In this document: positions 44,969 through 57,568 of the stretch, one piece after another
Position numbering within the stretch: the stretch's first letter is position 1
Layout: the number at the start of each line of letters is the position of its first letter
Assembly (NCBI GenBank): GCA_951406725.2
Contig: OX597823.1
Coordinates: forward strand, 113,212,001-113,276,000
From: Octopus vulgaris
Taxonomy: Eukaryota
Direction: 5' to 3'
Length of the DNA stretch: 64,000 bases
The notes under the pieces: generated by a model
Seen by the model: the letters and a program-made list of their open reading frames with translations, nothing else
What the model was told of the DNA's origin: nothing
Databases searched by the model: none
Program-made: the position numbers and the translations under genes

Positions 44969-45055
44969 TGTGTGTGTGTGTGTATGTATATATATATATA
45001 TGTATATATAAATGAAAGAATGGAGTCGAACGGCGATTTAACAAAATTCCTTTAT

Positions 45056-45136
45056 TCTCGACGTATGTTTCGAAGACTGCATATTTCTAATTCCGAAGGA
45101 ATAAAGAGTGCATTATGCCGTCTTCTCATCAGGAAA
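45056..45136 (-). ncRNA. Type-I hammerhead ribozyme with fully canonical core
   Basis: Minus strand: TTTC-CTGATGA-GAAGAC-(gGCATA...TATGCa)-GTCTTC-GAAA-C-ATAC-GTC-GAGA; predicted cleavage between 45060 and 45059. Confidence 0.85.
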
Positions 45137-45342
45137 GACAAGGAACTTATGTCAGCATCATGACGAACAAAAACTTTTAGATGACTGCCCACACGGAGTC
45201 CATAGTGATAATCACGAAAGCACGTGATTTCTGCCCCTGGCATGTAGTTTCAACCGTGCTTTCTGACGTAAATTTGGTACCCGGGTATCGGTTAACCGAA
45301 TTATCCATACTAGGATAATTCATTCAACTACTTAAGCATTTA

Positions 45343-45375
<33 letters not shown>

Positions 45376-45376
<1 letters not shown>

Positions 45377-45605
45377 CCCAAAAAGCATCTGAGGGATCAA
45401 TGTGGAGTGGAAGGAGATGTTTTGAAGAAACAACTTAACCTCTTGCTATCCAAGATCCCACATAAATCAATATCAAAGTAGGAATCTCAAAAGAGGGCAG
45501 CGGCCCTCCTTCACCAAAAGCCAAACCCATAGAATTGACCAGATAAAAGCTGATTACACTGGCTGTGCACAGCATGGCCTCTGCCTTAAGGCTGAAATAT
45601 ATAAA
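45376..45605 (+). pseudogene. 3' end of a CR1/L2-group LINE
   Basis: PKHLRDQCGVEGDVLKKQLNLLLSKIP resembles the terminal LP..LR...FK..LD..L..IPD motif; followed by a short 3' UTR. Confidence 0.55.
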
Positions 45606-45988
45606 CGAATAGAATAATAAAAGAATATTTATATATACCGTTCTCGTGCAGTTAGCGTTTCGGCGTTTCAGTGGAGTGTAATGGCATTAATGTGGTAACA
45701 TCTGAAATGTTGTCGTGGTATATGTTTGGCTGATGAAGATAGATCAAGTTTATAGGTGCAGACATATCTTGAAAAATCTGAAACCTGCGCAGGTCCCACA
45801 TTATCCTTCTCTAGGTGTTTCATCTTTCAGATGTTCTCCCTGGAGGTAAGACAATTTTTTCTAGTTTGTTGCACTCACGCATTTTTGCTAGTACATACGC
45901 GGTGAAGCTATACATTAGCGTCGTATTATTACGTTCGCTATTTCCAGTAAATATCGGTACTTCGTTGTGCCATATATTTACTTCTTTG

Positions 45989-46024
<36 letters not shown>

Positions 46025-46036
46025 CTTGAATGTTAA

Positions 46037-46158
46037 CTTGGCGCAGGTAAGAAATCTGGTGGCCCCTTGGGCATGTATCTTCAGCTATAGCCTCGGACTG
46101 ACCAAATCTTTTTGAGTGGATTTGGTAGAGAGAAACTGAAAGAAGCCTGACGTGTATG

Positions 46159-46225
<67 letters not shown>

Positions 46226-46460
46226 ATGTGTGTGTGTGTGCGTGCATGTCTTTGTTTCTGTTTTTGTCCCTCACCATCGCTTGACAACCGATGTTGGCGT
46301 ATTTACATCGCCGTAACTTAGTGGTTCAGCGAAGAAACCAATAGAATAAGTTTTAAGCTTACAAAGAATGTGTAATGCGGTGGATTTCTTTGACTAAAAA
46401 TCCCCTTTAAGTTGGTGCTCTAACATGGCCGCAGTCAAATGACTGAATCAGTTAAAAAAC
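46037..46460 (+). mobile_element. SINE family B copy with deleted head
   Basis: CCTTGGGCATGTATCTT...GATTTGGTAG...CATGGCCGCAGTCAAATGACTGAA. Confidence 0.85.
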
Positions 46461-46554
46461 ATATAGGAAAACATATGCATGCATTTACTGCCTTTGAAGA
46501 GAGCAAACTTATTCATATTACACAGGGGAAAAATATTAAAGGGGAGATCACATT

Positions 46555-46770
46555 GCAGTTGGCCTTACTCTTCATCCTTTCCAGATCTTCATAAACAATA
46601 ATGGTTATATATCGATTTCAAGTTCATTACATAGACCCCAGTTTTCCAATCGACCTCGGAAGGATTAAAGGTAAAGTCAATCTAAGTCGGATTGAACTCA
46701 GACTGTTAGGACAGACAAACACCGTTAAGCCTTTTTTCTCGGCGTGCTAAAGATTCAGCCAGCAGGCCGC
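46555..46770 (-). mobile_element. Old SINE A-related remnants
   Basis: TCGACCTCGGAAGGATTAAAGGTAAAGTC...GGCGTGCTAA. Confidence 0.55.
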
Positions 46771-47184
46771 ATTAATATCAGTCATCTATCAAAACTGAAA
46801 CAATGTCGCTGGAAATATACGGCCTTGTGGATTAGTTTGCCATCGCTTTGATTCTCATCTTTATAATTTATTTTAAAACGTAGAATCATAGCATAGATAG
46901 CTATCAGAAGAAAACTCTTGAAATATTTAGATACGACCTTTTACTTCCTGATTCCAAACCCTTTAGTCGCAGATAAACGAATTTCAGCACTTGTCATTTA
47001 TCATTTAGCGATGTCACATAATTTTCTATTATCTCTCTCTAATATATGCCTTCTAATAAATTATATTGTAATTTCCTTATCTCGTTGAAAGTGCGATATC
47101 AAATATGGTGAAATTTGCTAATATATTTCGCAAGTATGACTATATTATTTGTGTAGTCATATAGCACATAAACACATAGACAAC

Positions 47185-47990
47185 GGCATACAGGTTATGG
47201 CGTTACGTCTCGCCGGGATGATGAAGGAGGACTTGTGGGGCGTTTGGTTACCCATTTGGTCCCATTGCTGTTGCCTCTGCCTCGTATACGACGGTCTTTC
47301 TTTTACAGTGGCCGTTCAGTGGACATGTGTTATCCCTAATGAGTATCATTCCTCTGTCTTGGGTGTGGGCCTACTACTAGTGCACCGCTAAAGGAAATTT
47401 TCATTGCGTTCCTATTAAGAACTTTGTTAAAACTATTTGTACGGTGGAAGTGCTTGTCTAATTAACTAAGGAAAATCTTACCTACTCAGGCATGAACATT
47501 TAAAGAGAAGGGTGTTGTGAACAACAATACCTTCTCTTGGAGGGATTAAGGTCTAGCGTGTGACTAATTTTATCCTTGAAACAGCTGGCGCCCAACGTCT
47601 CATTTTTGTACGGTACGGCAGCATCAAAAATCTTTTTGCTTGAAGACATGTTGGAATTCTTTTGCTGACACCCTTTTCCAGGTTCTTGAAAACTATGGCT
47701 GGATGACAAGAACCTGTGTTAATACATGATATTTTCTTATTTGACTTCCCAAAGGGTCTATAGACACTGGACTCCAAGTTGAAGGTCACAGTTTACAGGA
47801 TGATCTCTACCGTGGCCTTCTGTCCAAGGGAAATCATGGTGCTGGTGAGGTTCTTTCTAAGCTTATCTAGTGTGTAGTCGTTTTCCCCGCTTGATATCGC
47901 TAGCGCGTCATCCCTATAGAGGCAAATGCTAGTGGAAGGGAGCTTCTTACTGAGTAAATCTAGAACGAAGAAACCAACGAGTCACACAGA
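47185..47990 (-). pseudogene. Penelope-like retroelement remnant (RT palm/thumb, Cys linker, GIY-YIG start), possibly Naiad-type
   Basis: VGFFVLDLLSK...ICLYRDDALAI...VTFNL...YRPF.KSN...INTGSCHP; PFSLNV..VGKIFL..LDKHF...NRNAMKISFS; CPLNGHCKRKTVVYEA; HKSSF. Multiple stops and frameshifts. Confidence 0.85.
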
Positions 47991-48219
47991 TACGTACATA
48001 TATGTATTTAGTATATTTAAGTCATGTACTTGCGCCTACGATGGCTTATAATGCCATTGAATGTCAACAATGGTAACAACTCTATTCTTCACAGAGTTTA
48101 ATGTGATTAATAAGTATTATCTTGTGAAACCCTGCGAGACTTACAGTGAAAAAGTGATTGAGTTGTAAGGAACAGAAAACCAACAACGCATTTGTGCATA
48201 AATTGCGCTATAAAGGAAG
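47983..48219 (+). repeat. 237-bp direct repeat, copy 1 (copy 2 at 52361-52597)
   Basis: CACACAGATACGTAC...GCGCTATAAAGGAAG; colinear with scattered substitutions. Confidence 0.95.
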
Positions 48220-48221
48220 AT

Positions 48222-48362
48222 GTGACGAAGACTCACGCTTTACCATGTACGGCATCCAGAGGAACCCTACGGTTCCGTAAGAAGCTGGCCTGGGCCAAAA
48301 ACAAAATGACCCTGAAGGGTTCTTCTGCATGCCTTACATGGTAATGCGTTTGTCTTCGTCAC
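48222..48362. repeat. Imperfect foldback with about 50-bp arms
   Basis: GTGACGAAGAC..TTACCATGTA.GGCAT.CAGAGGAACCCT pairs with AGGGTTCTTCTG.ATGCC.TACATGGTAA..GTCTTCGTCAC. Confidence 0.85.
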
Positions 48363-48539
48363 TAACTTCAGGATAAGATCTAACGAAGTTCACTGATCCC
48401 TTGGTATAGATGGGTAAAAGTCTACTGTTTCGAATTGGGTAAACCTGATTGTAGCCCCCCACCATATTGCTTTTAAACCATATTATGAACTCGCTGGCGT
48501 TACACCATAGAGTAGTGTATGCATATATTCACATCTGTG

Positions 48540-48572
<33 letters not shown>

Positions 48573-48579
48573 GTGTATG

Positions 48580-48631
<52 letters not shown>

Positions 48632-48739
48632 GTGAATATATGCATACATTTTATATATATATATTTATATTGATACACATATTTGTGCATATATACACAC
48701 ATATATTTATATATATATATATATATATACGTACATACA

Positions 48740-48782
<43 letters not shown>

Positions 48783-49109
48783 GAAATATTAAAATTACTA
48801 AGTCCCTATAAAAGAGATTACGGCAACGTTTACTGGAAATTAATTGTTATCGCCATATTAATATGCCATTCTTATAGATATAAGAATAATCGCTGCCATG
48901 GTCAGCTCCATGAGGCCACCGCCATCAAGATAGCTATTGATACACGATCTGTATCCATTATAACCTTCGAACATATATATGAAGATGAACGTGTGTGTGT
49001 TTGCGTGTCCGTCTATCGATTTATATCAAGAAAGGCTATAGTATCCATATAAAAACAAAAATAATTCTTATTCTTTCCGAGTCTCTAGCTGCCCTCGTAA
49101 ATGAACTAC

Positions 49110-49255
49110 GGACCCTTTTCCAACATGATGCAGATACCGCAGTTCCCAAAGAAATGACCTACCTAAGGGAGGTAATTACATATAAGGACCCTTTTCCAAC
49201 ATGTTGCACATAACGCAGTTCCAAAATAAATGACCTCTGTAAGGGAGATAAATAA
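49110..49255 (+). repeat. Tandem duplication, about 76-bp period
   Basis: GGACCCTTTTCCAACATG...CGCAGTTCC...AAATGACCT occurs twice. Confidence 0.8.
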
Positions 49256-49358
49256 ATGTAAGTTGCACTTAAATAGCATTATATTTATTATTATTCGTTT
49301 GATATTTATACCTGTAGAGGATCAGTTTTGCTTTTCTGGTTGGCTAGCTTCAGAATAG

Positions 49359-49817
49359 AAACCGTAACTTAGACTTTACTCCAAAATCTTTCCTTTCTAT
49401 AACGTATACCACATCAGAATTTATAAGGTCAGCTGTCATTTTCCTATATCATTTCCTTACTTTAAATAGTTCCACGGCTTACTTGCAGATCAAAACTAGA
49501 TAAGGAATAGAATTCTTTGGTGCCGATCCAGACAGTTAGTCGCTCGGGACGATATAAAATGGAACACAACGTCTGTGTGTGTCTGGTTGTCCATTTATTG
49601 CAAAAAAAAATCTATAAACCGTAACTTAGATTTCACTACAACAGTTTCCCTTTCTTTAACGTATATCACATCAGAATTTTATGAGGTCAGCTGTTGTTTT
49701 CCTATTCCACTTCCTTACTTTTAGTTCCACGGGTCACTTGCGGTTCAAAATAAGGAAAAGCATTCTTTGGTCGAGGACCAGACTATCAGTCGCTCCGGAC
49801 GATGCAAAATAGAACAC
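49359..49817 (+). repeat. Diverged tandem duplication, about 200-bp unit with about 258-bp period
   Basis: AAACCGTAACTTAGA...GTCGCTC.GGACGAT..AAAAT.GAACAC at about 49359 and 49617. Confidence 0.85.
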
Positions 49818-52297
49818 TTTTCTTAGTTCCAGACTACTTGAGGTTAACGTCAGTTTTCTTTTTCTTTCTTCACTTCTCTGCCATACAACAAATAAATAAT
49901 ATTCTTTCTTCTTTGGTTATTCATGGATATTCTTCACAGGCATTCTCACCTATCCACACCAACAATCGCAACAGAACATTCTGAGCCGCTACACATATTC
50001 AATTCTGCATAATTCGATTTGTATTACTGGTTGTAGTTTCCTTTCCGTTTTCCTGCATTCAGTCAGGATATTTCTGCCTGGGAGAGTTTGTCTTCAATAG
50101 TTCCATCGTGGCTGTCTAACGCAGTTTGAAGGGTTTTAGAGTTCAGCAGCTATTTTCAAGGAATTCTGTATTCGTTTCCATCCGTGTGCTTGCTCATAGG
50201 TAAGGAGATGTGTAACTTCATGTAATTACAGTACCTTAATTACATGAGTGCTTCTGCTCTATAATTAACACCAGGACCCTTTTTGTTAGTTCATGCCTTC
50301 TTTCGATGGATATGCTACCCCAAGACAACAAGATATTTAAAGCGCTTGACCACCGAAGTCGTTATTCGACGTTAGTTATTTGTCCGAAATAATTTTCCTA
50401 TTTCAAGCCCTATTGTTTTATATTACGGAATTTGTTGTGAAAAACATTTTTCGAAAGCCGAGGGGGCAGTTTCGGAAAATCCAAACGATTCTGCTTTGAT
50501 GGGGGCGAGAAAAGGCTTTTCACAACAAATTCCGTTATATTGGCAATCTACACCATTAGAAACAACTGTAGAAAATTTTATTTAAAAATACTCATTTTCC
50601 CTAAAGTTATGAAGAAACAAATTCGGTGGGGCACTCTTGTGTAGATATGCCGTATGTGTATAGCGAATTGCTAGAAATAGGAGCCAAAACACTACCGACT
50701 CGCCCAATCCTATTTCGTATTCAGAAAATAAATGCACAGTTATCTGCAGAATGACCAAATTAATTGAAATGACACGGAAAAATGAAATATCACTTTTATT
50801 TAGTTCTTTTCGTAAGTCAAACTAGAAATAAACATTGCTTTCAAGAAGGACAGACGTAATAACATGTGTGTGTGGTGTAGTGCGTGTGTGTGTAACTGTA
50901 ATAAGCTCTATTACTTTATATTACTATAAGTATTACTTATTTTACTGGACAGAAGAAAGTTTATAGATTCAGGTTATATTGGAATTTGTTGTGAATAACA
51001 TTTCCTGCAAGTCGAGAGAGCAGTTCGGAAGAGTCAGATGATTCTGCTTCTTTGGGAGCGACAAAACGTTTTCAGGCTTAACTGCTGATGTGAACCAACC
51101 ACTCGTGATTGTTGCCTCTAAAACTTCAAGAAAAATGGATACTTTTCAACAAAGTTTTACACAAATCCCGCTTAGGTGCTGTAGATTCAGATTATATAGG
51201 GATTTATAGGAAAGATGTTTCCGAGGGGGTGCAGAGCGGAGTTTCGGAAAATTCACACGACCCTATTTTTTTCTTAAAAACTTTCAGGAAAATGGGTATT
51301 TTTTAATGGAACTTTATAGAACTACCTTTCATACTGAATAGATTACGGTTATAAAGAGTTTTGTACAAAATATGTTTTCCAAGGAGGTGGAGAGAGGAGT
51401 TTCAAAAAACGAAATTTCGGATCAAGGAAACCACATCAGTTCACGATTTTTTAATCACCACCATATCCCTCCAGAACAATTTTGACCAATTTGGAGGGTG
51501 CGGTGGGGACACTTAAAAACTAAGAGAGGAGCCTTTTTGGCTTTCTCACTCTCGCATGCATTTTTGTTTTTCAGTCCTTTTCTCGCTGCTATTTTACTTT
51601 TTCTTTGTTGTAATATTTATGTTCACTAAATTATAGTACAAATATTTTCAGTTTCCCTAATTTTTATTTCGTTAACCTTGTACTACACACACGCCAAAGT
51701 TTGCGCGATGTTTGCTTCATTTATAGACAGAAATACTAGAGATCATAGATCAGAAGTTTTTATGCACCCATGATGATATTGGCCAGAAGGAAACGACTCA
51801 GTCGTCTACACGAAAGTTAACAGCCATTTCTTATATATGTTCAATACAATCTAAATGAATAACTTTCAATATTCAGTGTACAATTTCCGTAGCTTTTTTT
51901 TAACCCAGTCAATGATGAGTATTTCTCATAGTATATAGAGTATATGGCTTCATTTCCACACGTGCCAGCTTAATTCAATTCGTCCTTAGTCGAAAGGTAC
52001 CTGTTGTTATATCCTGTTATTAATTCTATTATATTTATTATTGTATTTATTTGTGTAAATATGTCCGTTTTTTTCCGTCCTTGTTTTTGTATACATTCAC
52101 TGCTTTCATCCAAAGAATCTAATGCTCTTAGCTTAGTTTTTCCTTGGGCTGGCCAGATTAGAGCAATCTCAAGATAAATCAGCCGAAATTGCGACGATAA
52201 TCTGGTGCTCCACTGAGGATAAAAGGCTTCAAATGACCCGTCCTTGTTTTTTTTTTGTATCGTCTATCTAGATGTTTTGCGTTCTTGTCCTATTTTT

Positions 52298-52336
<39 letters not shown>

Positions 52337-52360
52337 CACACGCAAGCGCACACATGCAAA

Positions 52361-52597
52361 CACACAGATACGTACATATATGTATTTAGTATATTTACGT
52401 CATGTACTTGCGCGTACGAAGGCTTTTAATGCCATTGAATGTCAACAACGGCATAAACTCTATTCTTCACAGAGTTTCATGTGATTAATAAGTATTATCT
52501 TGTGAAACCCTGCAAGACTCACAGTGAAAAAGTGATTGAGCTGTAGGGAACAGAAAACCAACAACGCATTTGTGCATAAATTGCGCTATAAAGGAAG
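52361..52597 (+). repeat. 237-bp direct repeat, copy 2
   Basis: Matches 47983-48219. Confidence 0.95.
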
Positions 52598-53250
52598 CTG
52601 CGTAAAAGCGAGTTTGTTTATGTTCCTATGCATTCATATCGGATCATGCATATATATATAATTCTGTATGTGTATGTTTGCGAGGGTGTCGTATATGGTT
52701 ATATATACCTGTATCTGATGAAGTGTAGGCGTGTGTATGTAGGTGTGTGCGGTGAAGTGTCTGACTGTCCATTTAGAAAAATCTAACCATCTCATGTTTA
52801 CTTCCTGTATTCTTAACTTTTTTGAAACAGACCACTTTAGATTTAGTATAATTATCATAAATACATTATTTCTAAGTATCTCTCCAATGATTCGTGATTT
52901 TATAATTATAGGTCATATAATATTTACAATCATTATATTCAAAGAATTATACAACAAAGTATAATAACACAACTTAAAATGTTAATAATATATATTTCAT
53001 TCAGTGGCTCAGTACAACATAATCGCATTCATTTACGTCTTCCTGTTTTTTCATAAATATTTTGTTGAGGACTTCGAAGTGATTCTGAGCAATGTTAATA
53101 ATTTTGAACCCAGGACTTAAACAATTGAGAGGAAATACTGTAAGTCTCTCAATACCACCAATTCACGGACGGTCATTAGATTTATTATAGCTTCTTTCTA
53201 ATAAGGCTCATGTGAATATATTTGGGAGGACAATAGGTAGAATCGAATCA

Positions 53251-53671
53251 AGGATCTTTTCGGTTTGAACGGCAGTTTTTCTAGCGGTGTCATATAAAAT
53301 TGTCACCCATAATTATGACCCTAGTATCGATCTATTGCATTTCAATGTGTTTTAGGGTTAGGGTTAGTTAGGGTTAGTGGTGGGGGGAAGGGTATCTTTT
53401 TTTCTTCACAAATGTAAATAAACCCAATCTGTTTCTTAAACGAGGGACATATTCATACGGCACAGAATGTTTTTTACATCAATGGACGTCATCGATTGGT
53501 TGAAATTGCAGAAATTGAAGAAAAAAAAACAACAAATATCTTACAAACTATAGAATTTTCTCAATAACGCCAAGAGAAAAAGTTGTTTTATAAACACATT
53601 CTACCAGTATACGAATTTTTTAGTTACCTAGAGATTATGTTAAAAACTGCCGTTCGAACCGAAAAGATCCC
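53251..53671. mobile_element. MITE, second copy of the 25821-26235 family (inverted), with internal TTAGGG repeats
   Basis: 6-bp TSD GAATCA at 53245-53250 and 53672-53677. Confidence 0.92.
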
Positions 53672-54279
53672 GAATCAAGTAGAAGACAGCTGTTTGATTT
53701 CTCGATCACAGAACGACAAAATAGGTACACTTGATCTTCTCAAGATTTGAACTCGAAATATAAACACCGTGATAAATACCATTAGTGCTCAAAGATTAAA
53801 GATTCAACCACACCCCATTCCTTTAAAGTTAAAAATACAATAACAATAACTACAAATATTACACTAATGGCATTATAGGAGATTTTAGTGTGGACTTCAC
53901 CTTTTGTCGCTGTAGCTTTTCTGCTTTCTTAACTGGATTAAAATTCACTCTAAACGAGAAGACCTTTGATAGCTCTGGGTCAAATATAAAGTAATTGGGT
54001 CAAACGATTTTTAGCTGAGAGTACAAGGATATACATTTAAAACTACCGATTCACACCCATTGTGTAAGCGTGGTTGGACATATAAAGTGTGTAAGCGTTT
54101 ACCAAGCACAATTAAAGATTCCTCATTAAAACAAGAGCACCTTTTAATATTATCGTGAACAATTCATTATTTTTATGTACATATGTTCATTCTATTACAC
54201 ATTACACACTACGTACACAACACATTTATATAGATATACATACTTGCATATATGTATATATACATATATACATACATAC

Positions 54280-54371
<92 letters not shown>

Positions 54372-54395
54372 ATGTAATATAATATAATATAACAT

Positions 54396-54428
<33 letters not shown>

Positions 54429-54453
54429 ACGTAATATAATATAATATGATATA

Positions 54454-54501
<48 letters not shown>

Positions 54502-54955
54502 TATATTATATATACACGCACGCACACACACACATACATATGTTTGTATGCTTGTATGTATGTATGTATGTATGTATGTACGTATGTATGTATGTATGTA
54601 TATATGTATGTATGTATGTATGTACGTATGTATGTATGTATGTATGTATAGAATATGATCAATTAAGATAACCATCGTTTCAATCCGACCCACTCTAATA
54701 TATAGCTTACCTATAAGATGTTCACAGCGTAGAATCGATAATGTTTCATAGCTTCGAGCGCTAATAGAGTGCAAACGGCAAAATGGTTTCCCAATCACAC
54801 ACTGTGTTTCAGGAGATTAGTCTGAGATAAATCTTAGCACCATTAGCGTCTGAAATATGAAATGTTCTTTCAATAATTAAACTCGTAGACATTCTGTCTA
54901 AACTTTACGTCATTCTATACACACACAGACTCACTCACAAACACACTAACACAAA

Positions 54956-55036
<81 letters not shown>

Positions 55037-55284
55037 TCCATAACACACAGGGTTCAAAGTTATTGACGGGAATAACATCACGAGGGAAAAACTGCGAAAT
55101 AATATGTAATTATATTTTGGGATTTGTCCCTCACCGGACCCCAAGTATCGGGGAGGAAAAACACAGATTCACATTGATATACATATATACACATATACAC
55201 ACATATACATATAGGCAAACACACATACATGCACACAAACATACATACGTACAAATGTGTATGTGTATAAGTAGCTAAATACAT

Positions 55285-55452
55285 AGATAGACAGCCAGAT
55301 ACATAGATAGATAGACGGGTAGATAGACAGATAGATAGACAGACTGAGAGACAGACATATAGACAGATAGATAGAGAGATATATAAATAGATAGACAGAG
55401 AGATAGATTGATCGACAGATAGATAGACAGATAGACAGACATACAGATATAT

Positions 55453-55537
<85 letters not shown>

Positions 55538-55630
55538 TATAGACAGAGAGACAGATAAATAGATAGAGAAGTAGACAGACAGATAGATAGACAGATAGAT
55601 AGACAGATAGATAGATAGACAGATAGATAG
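55285..55630. repeat. (GATA/GACA)n microsatellite, resuming at about 57491-57567
   Basis: Directly visible on both sides of the LINE. Confidence 0.92.
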
Positions 55631-55635
55631 AGAAA

Positions 55636-57492
55636 TATGTTTCTTTATTAGCCACACAGGGCTGCACACAGACAGGACAAAATTACAAGGTAGAGCTTTT
55701 CTTTTGGGGATAAAAGAAGGGGGTTTGGTTTTCGATCAAAAGGGATCGTAAATGGAAAGAAAGAGGACAAAAAAGGGGGGGATAAAATAAAATTAAAAAT
55801 AAAAGGATCAATAGGGATCGTTATCACAGAAATGTCAATATGAAGTGTAAAGGGGAGGATAGGTGAGGTTTACCCGTGGAAAGAAAAGCCTACGGAAAAG
55901 ACCACGGTAACCTCGGTCAATGAAGTCAGATGTTATATTTCTTTTTTTTTTAGCAAATAAGCAACTCTCTGTATTAATTTTTACGGTTCATAGAATCATA
56001 GTCAAGGTAGCTTCGTCATTCATACGTGCCATCCTTGCTACATTTACCTATCTTTTTTTTAAAACATTCACTAGACAAAACTTGCCTCTCTACTCTTACT
56101 TTCCTCTTCAAGTGATAGTTGAAGAAGTTGATGAGAGATTGACCAGAGAAGAAAGTGTTTGTCTCTAATCATTTCAGGCGCGTCCACCAGATACATTCTT
56201 TCGCCATAGCCACAAGTATGATAAATATAGCTCTTCCTTCCCGTTTGAAGGAAGGTGGCGTGACGATATTAACGATAGACTCGGCTGATAAACCGACACC
56301 TCCCACACGTGACAGCAGTCGTTCGACATAAGCCCACAGGTCGGAGATTGTTGGACACTGCACGATTGCGTGCAGAGCGGTTTCGTCGCTCTGCCCGCAT
56401 CTCGGGCAGGTCGGCCCCGTGTTTCTCGAGCCATGCCTATAGAGCTTATCCCGAACGGGTAGCGCTTCACGGTAGCATCGCCAGACCAGGGATCTCTGGA
56501 AGTTGTCCGTAGGTCCCGGCCCGAAAGTTGTTTCAGACAGCCGGGTCAGGTATTCCTCGTCGACGCCCAGGTTTGCTCCAAGATCGTCGTCGTTCCTCCC
56601 CTCCACTAATCCCCTATAGAATGCTTTGGTTGTGTTGAAGTCACTCAAGGTTGACTCGGGACGGCAGAGTTGCTTGAGAGCAACGCGACACTCGCGGTGC
56701 CATTCGCCCTTCCTCGGCCTCTTTTTGATCCACGACTGCAGTTCGGTCATGGAGACGAGCTGCGGGAACGCGTGCCTCACAAACGGCGACCACACCTGTT
56801 CACCGTCGTCTACATAGAGCCGGATATGTCGCAGTCTCAGCGCGTGTCTGCGCATCATCAACCATGGCATACCCAGCCCTCCTTTTAACGGGTGTTGACA
56901 GCAAATGGATCGCCTGACCATCGGGACGCATCCTTTCCACAAGAAGCGGAAGAGAATGCGTTCTAGTTTGGTGATGGTAGGGTCGGGATAAGATACGACG
57001 GTCAGGCGGTAGTAGATGATGGACGCGATGTACGTGTTTTCCCGGTTGATTTTTGCTCCTGTCACCGCTTCGTAGTCTTTCAGTGTCTCGCCGACCAGCT
57101 CGATGTACTCGTGGCTTGACACTATGACGGTGACGTCGTCCGAGTATGCAGACACGCTCGTCCCGCATCCCAATTCTCGCGGGATGCCCATCAGAGTCGC
57201 CAGCTTCCGCAGTAGTGGCTCAAGAGTCAATACGTATAGAAGCGCCGAGAGGGGCATCCCTGACGGACCGAACGTGCAATGTCGAAAGGTCTCGATAGAT
57301 GTCCATTTACGCGAATTACCGAACGGATGCCTCTGTACAAGGCAGCTATCCAGTCGCGGAAGACGGGACCGAAGCCAGCCGCTCTCAGGACTGCCTCCAA
57401 GTATCGATGGTCTACCCTATCGAAGGCTTTCGATTGATCCAAGTTGATCAGGGCCCCACCCATGCCAGGTTCCTTAACTACTCTGTCTATGA
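55636..57492 (-). mobile_element. Tx1/L1-clade LINE, 5'-truncated ORF2 (RT plus CCHC zinc knuckle) with 3' UTR; non-functional
   Basis: LINLDQSKAFDRVDH, SVRQGCP/(frameshift)LSALLYVLTLEPLL, SAYSDDVT, apparent deletion after KINREN, GGLGMP, CPRCGQSDETALHAIVQC; AATAAA near the 3' end. Confidence 0.93.
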
Positions 57493-57537
57493 TAGAAATA
57501 GATAGATATATATAGATAGATAGGTAGGTAGGTAGAC

Positions 57538-57568
<31 letters not shown>

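Noticed and set aside
45724-45785. Hammerhead candidate CTGATGA-AGATA...TATCT-t-GAAA
   Set aside because: Stem I and stem III do not pair convincingly; at most a decayed copy.
47480-47495. In-frame TGA in the PLE remnant read as selenocysteine
   Set aside because: The remnant also has TAA stops and frameshifts, and the TGA is not at an evident Cys position; ordinary decay.
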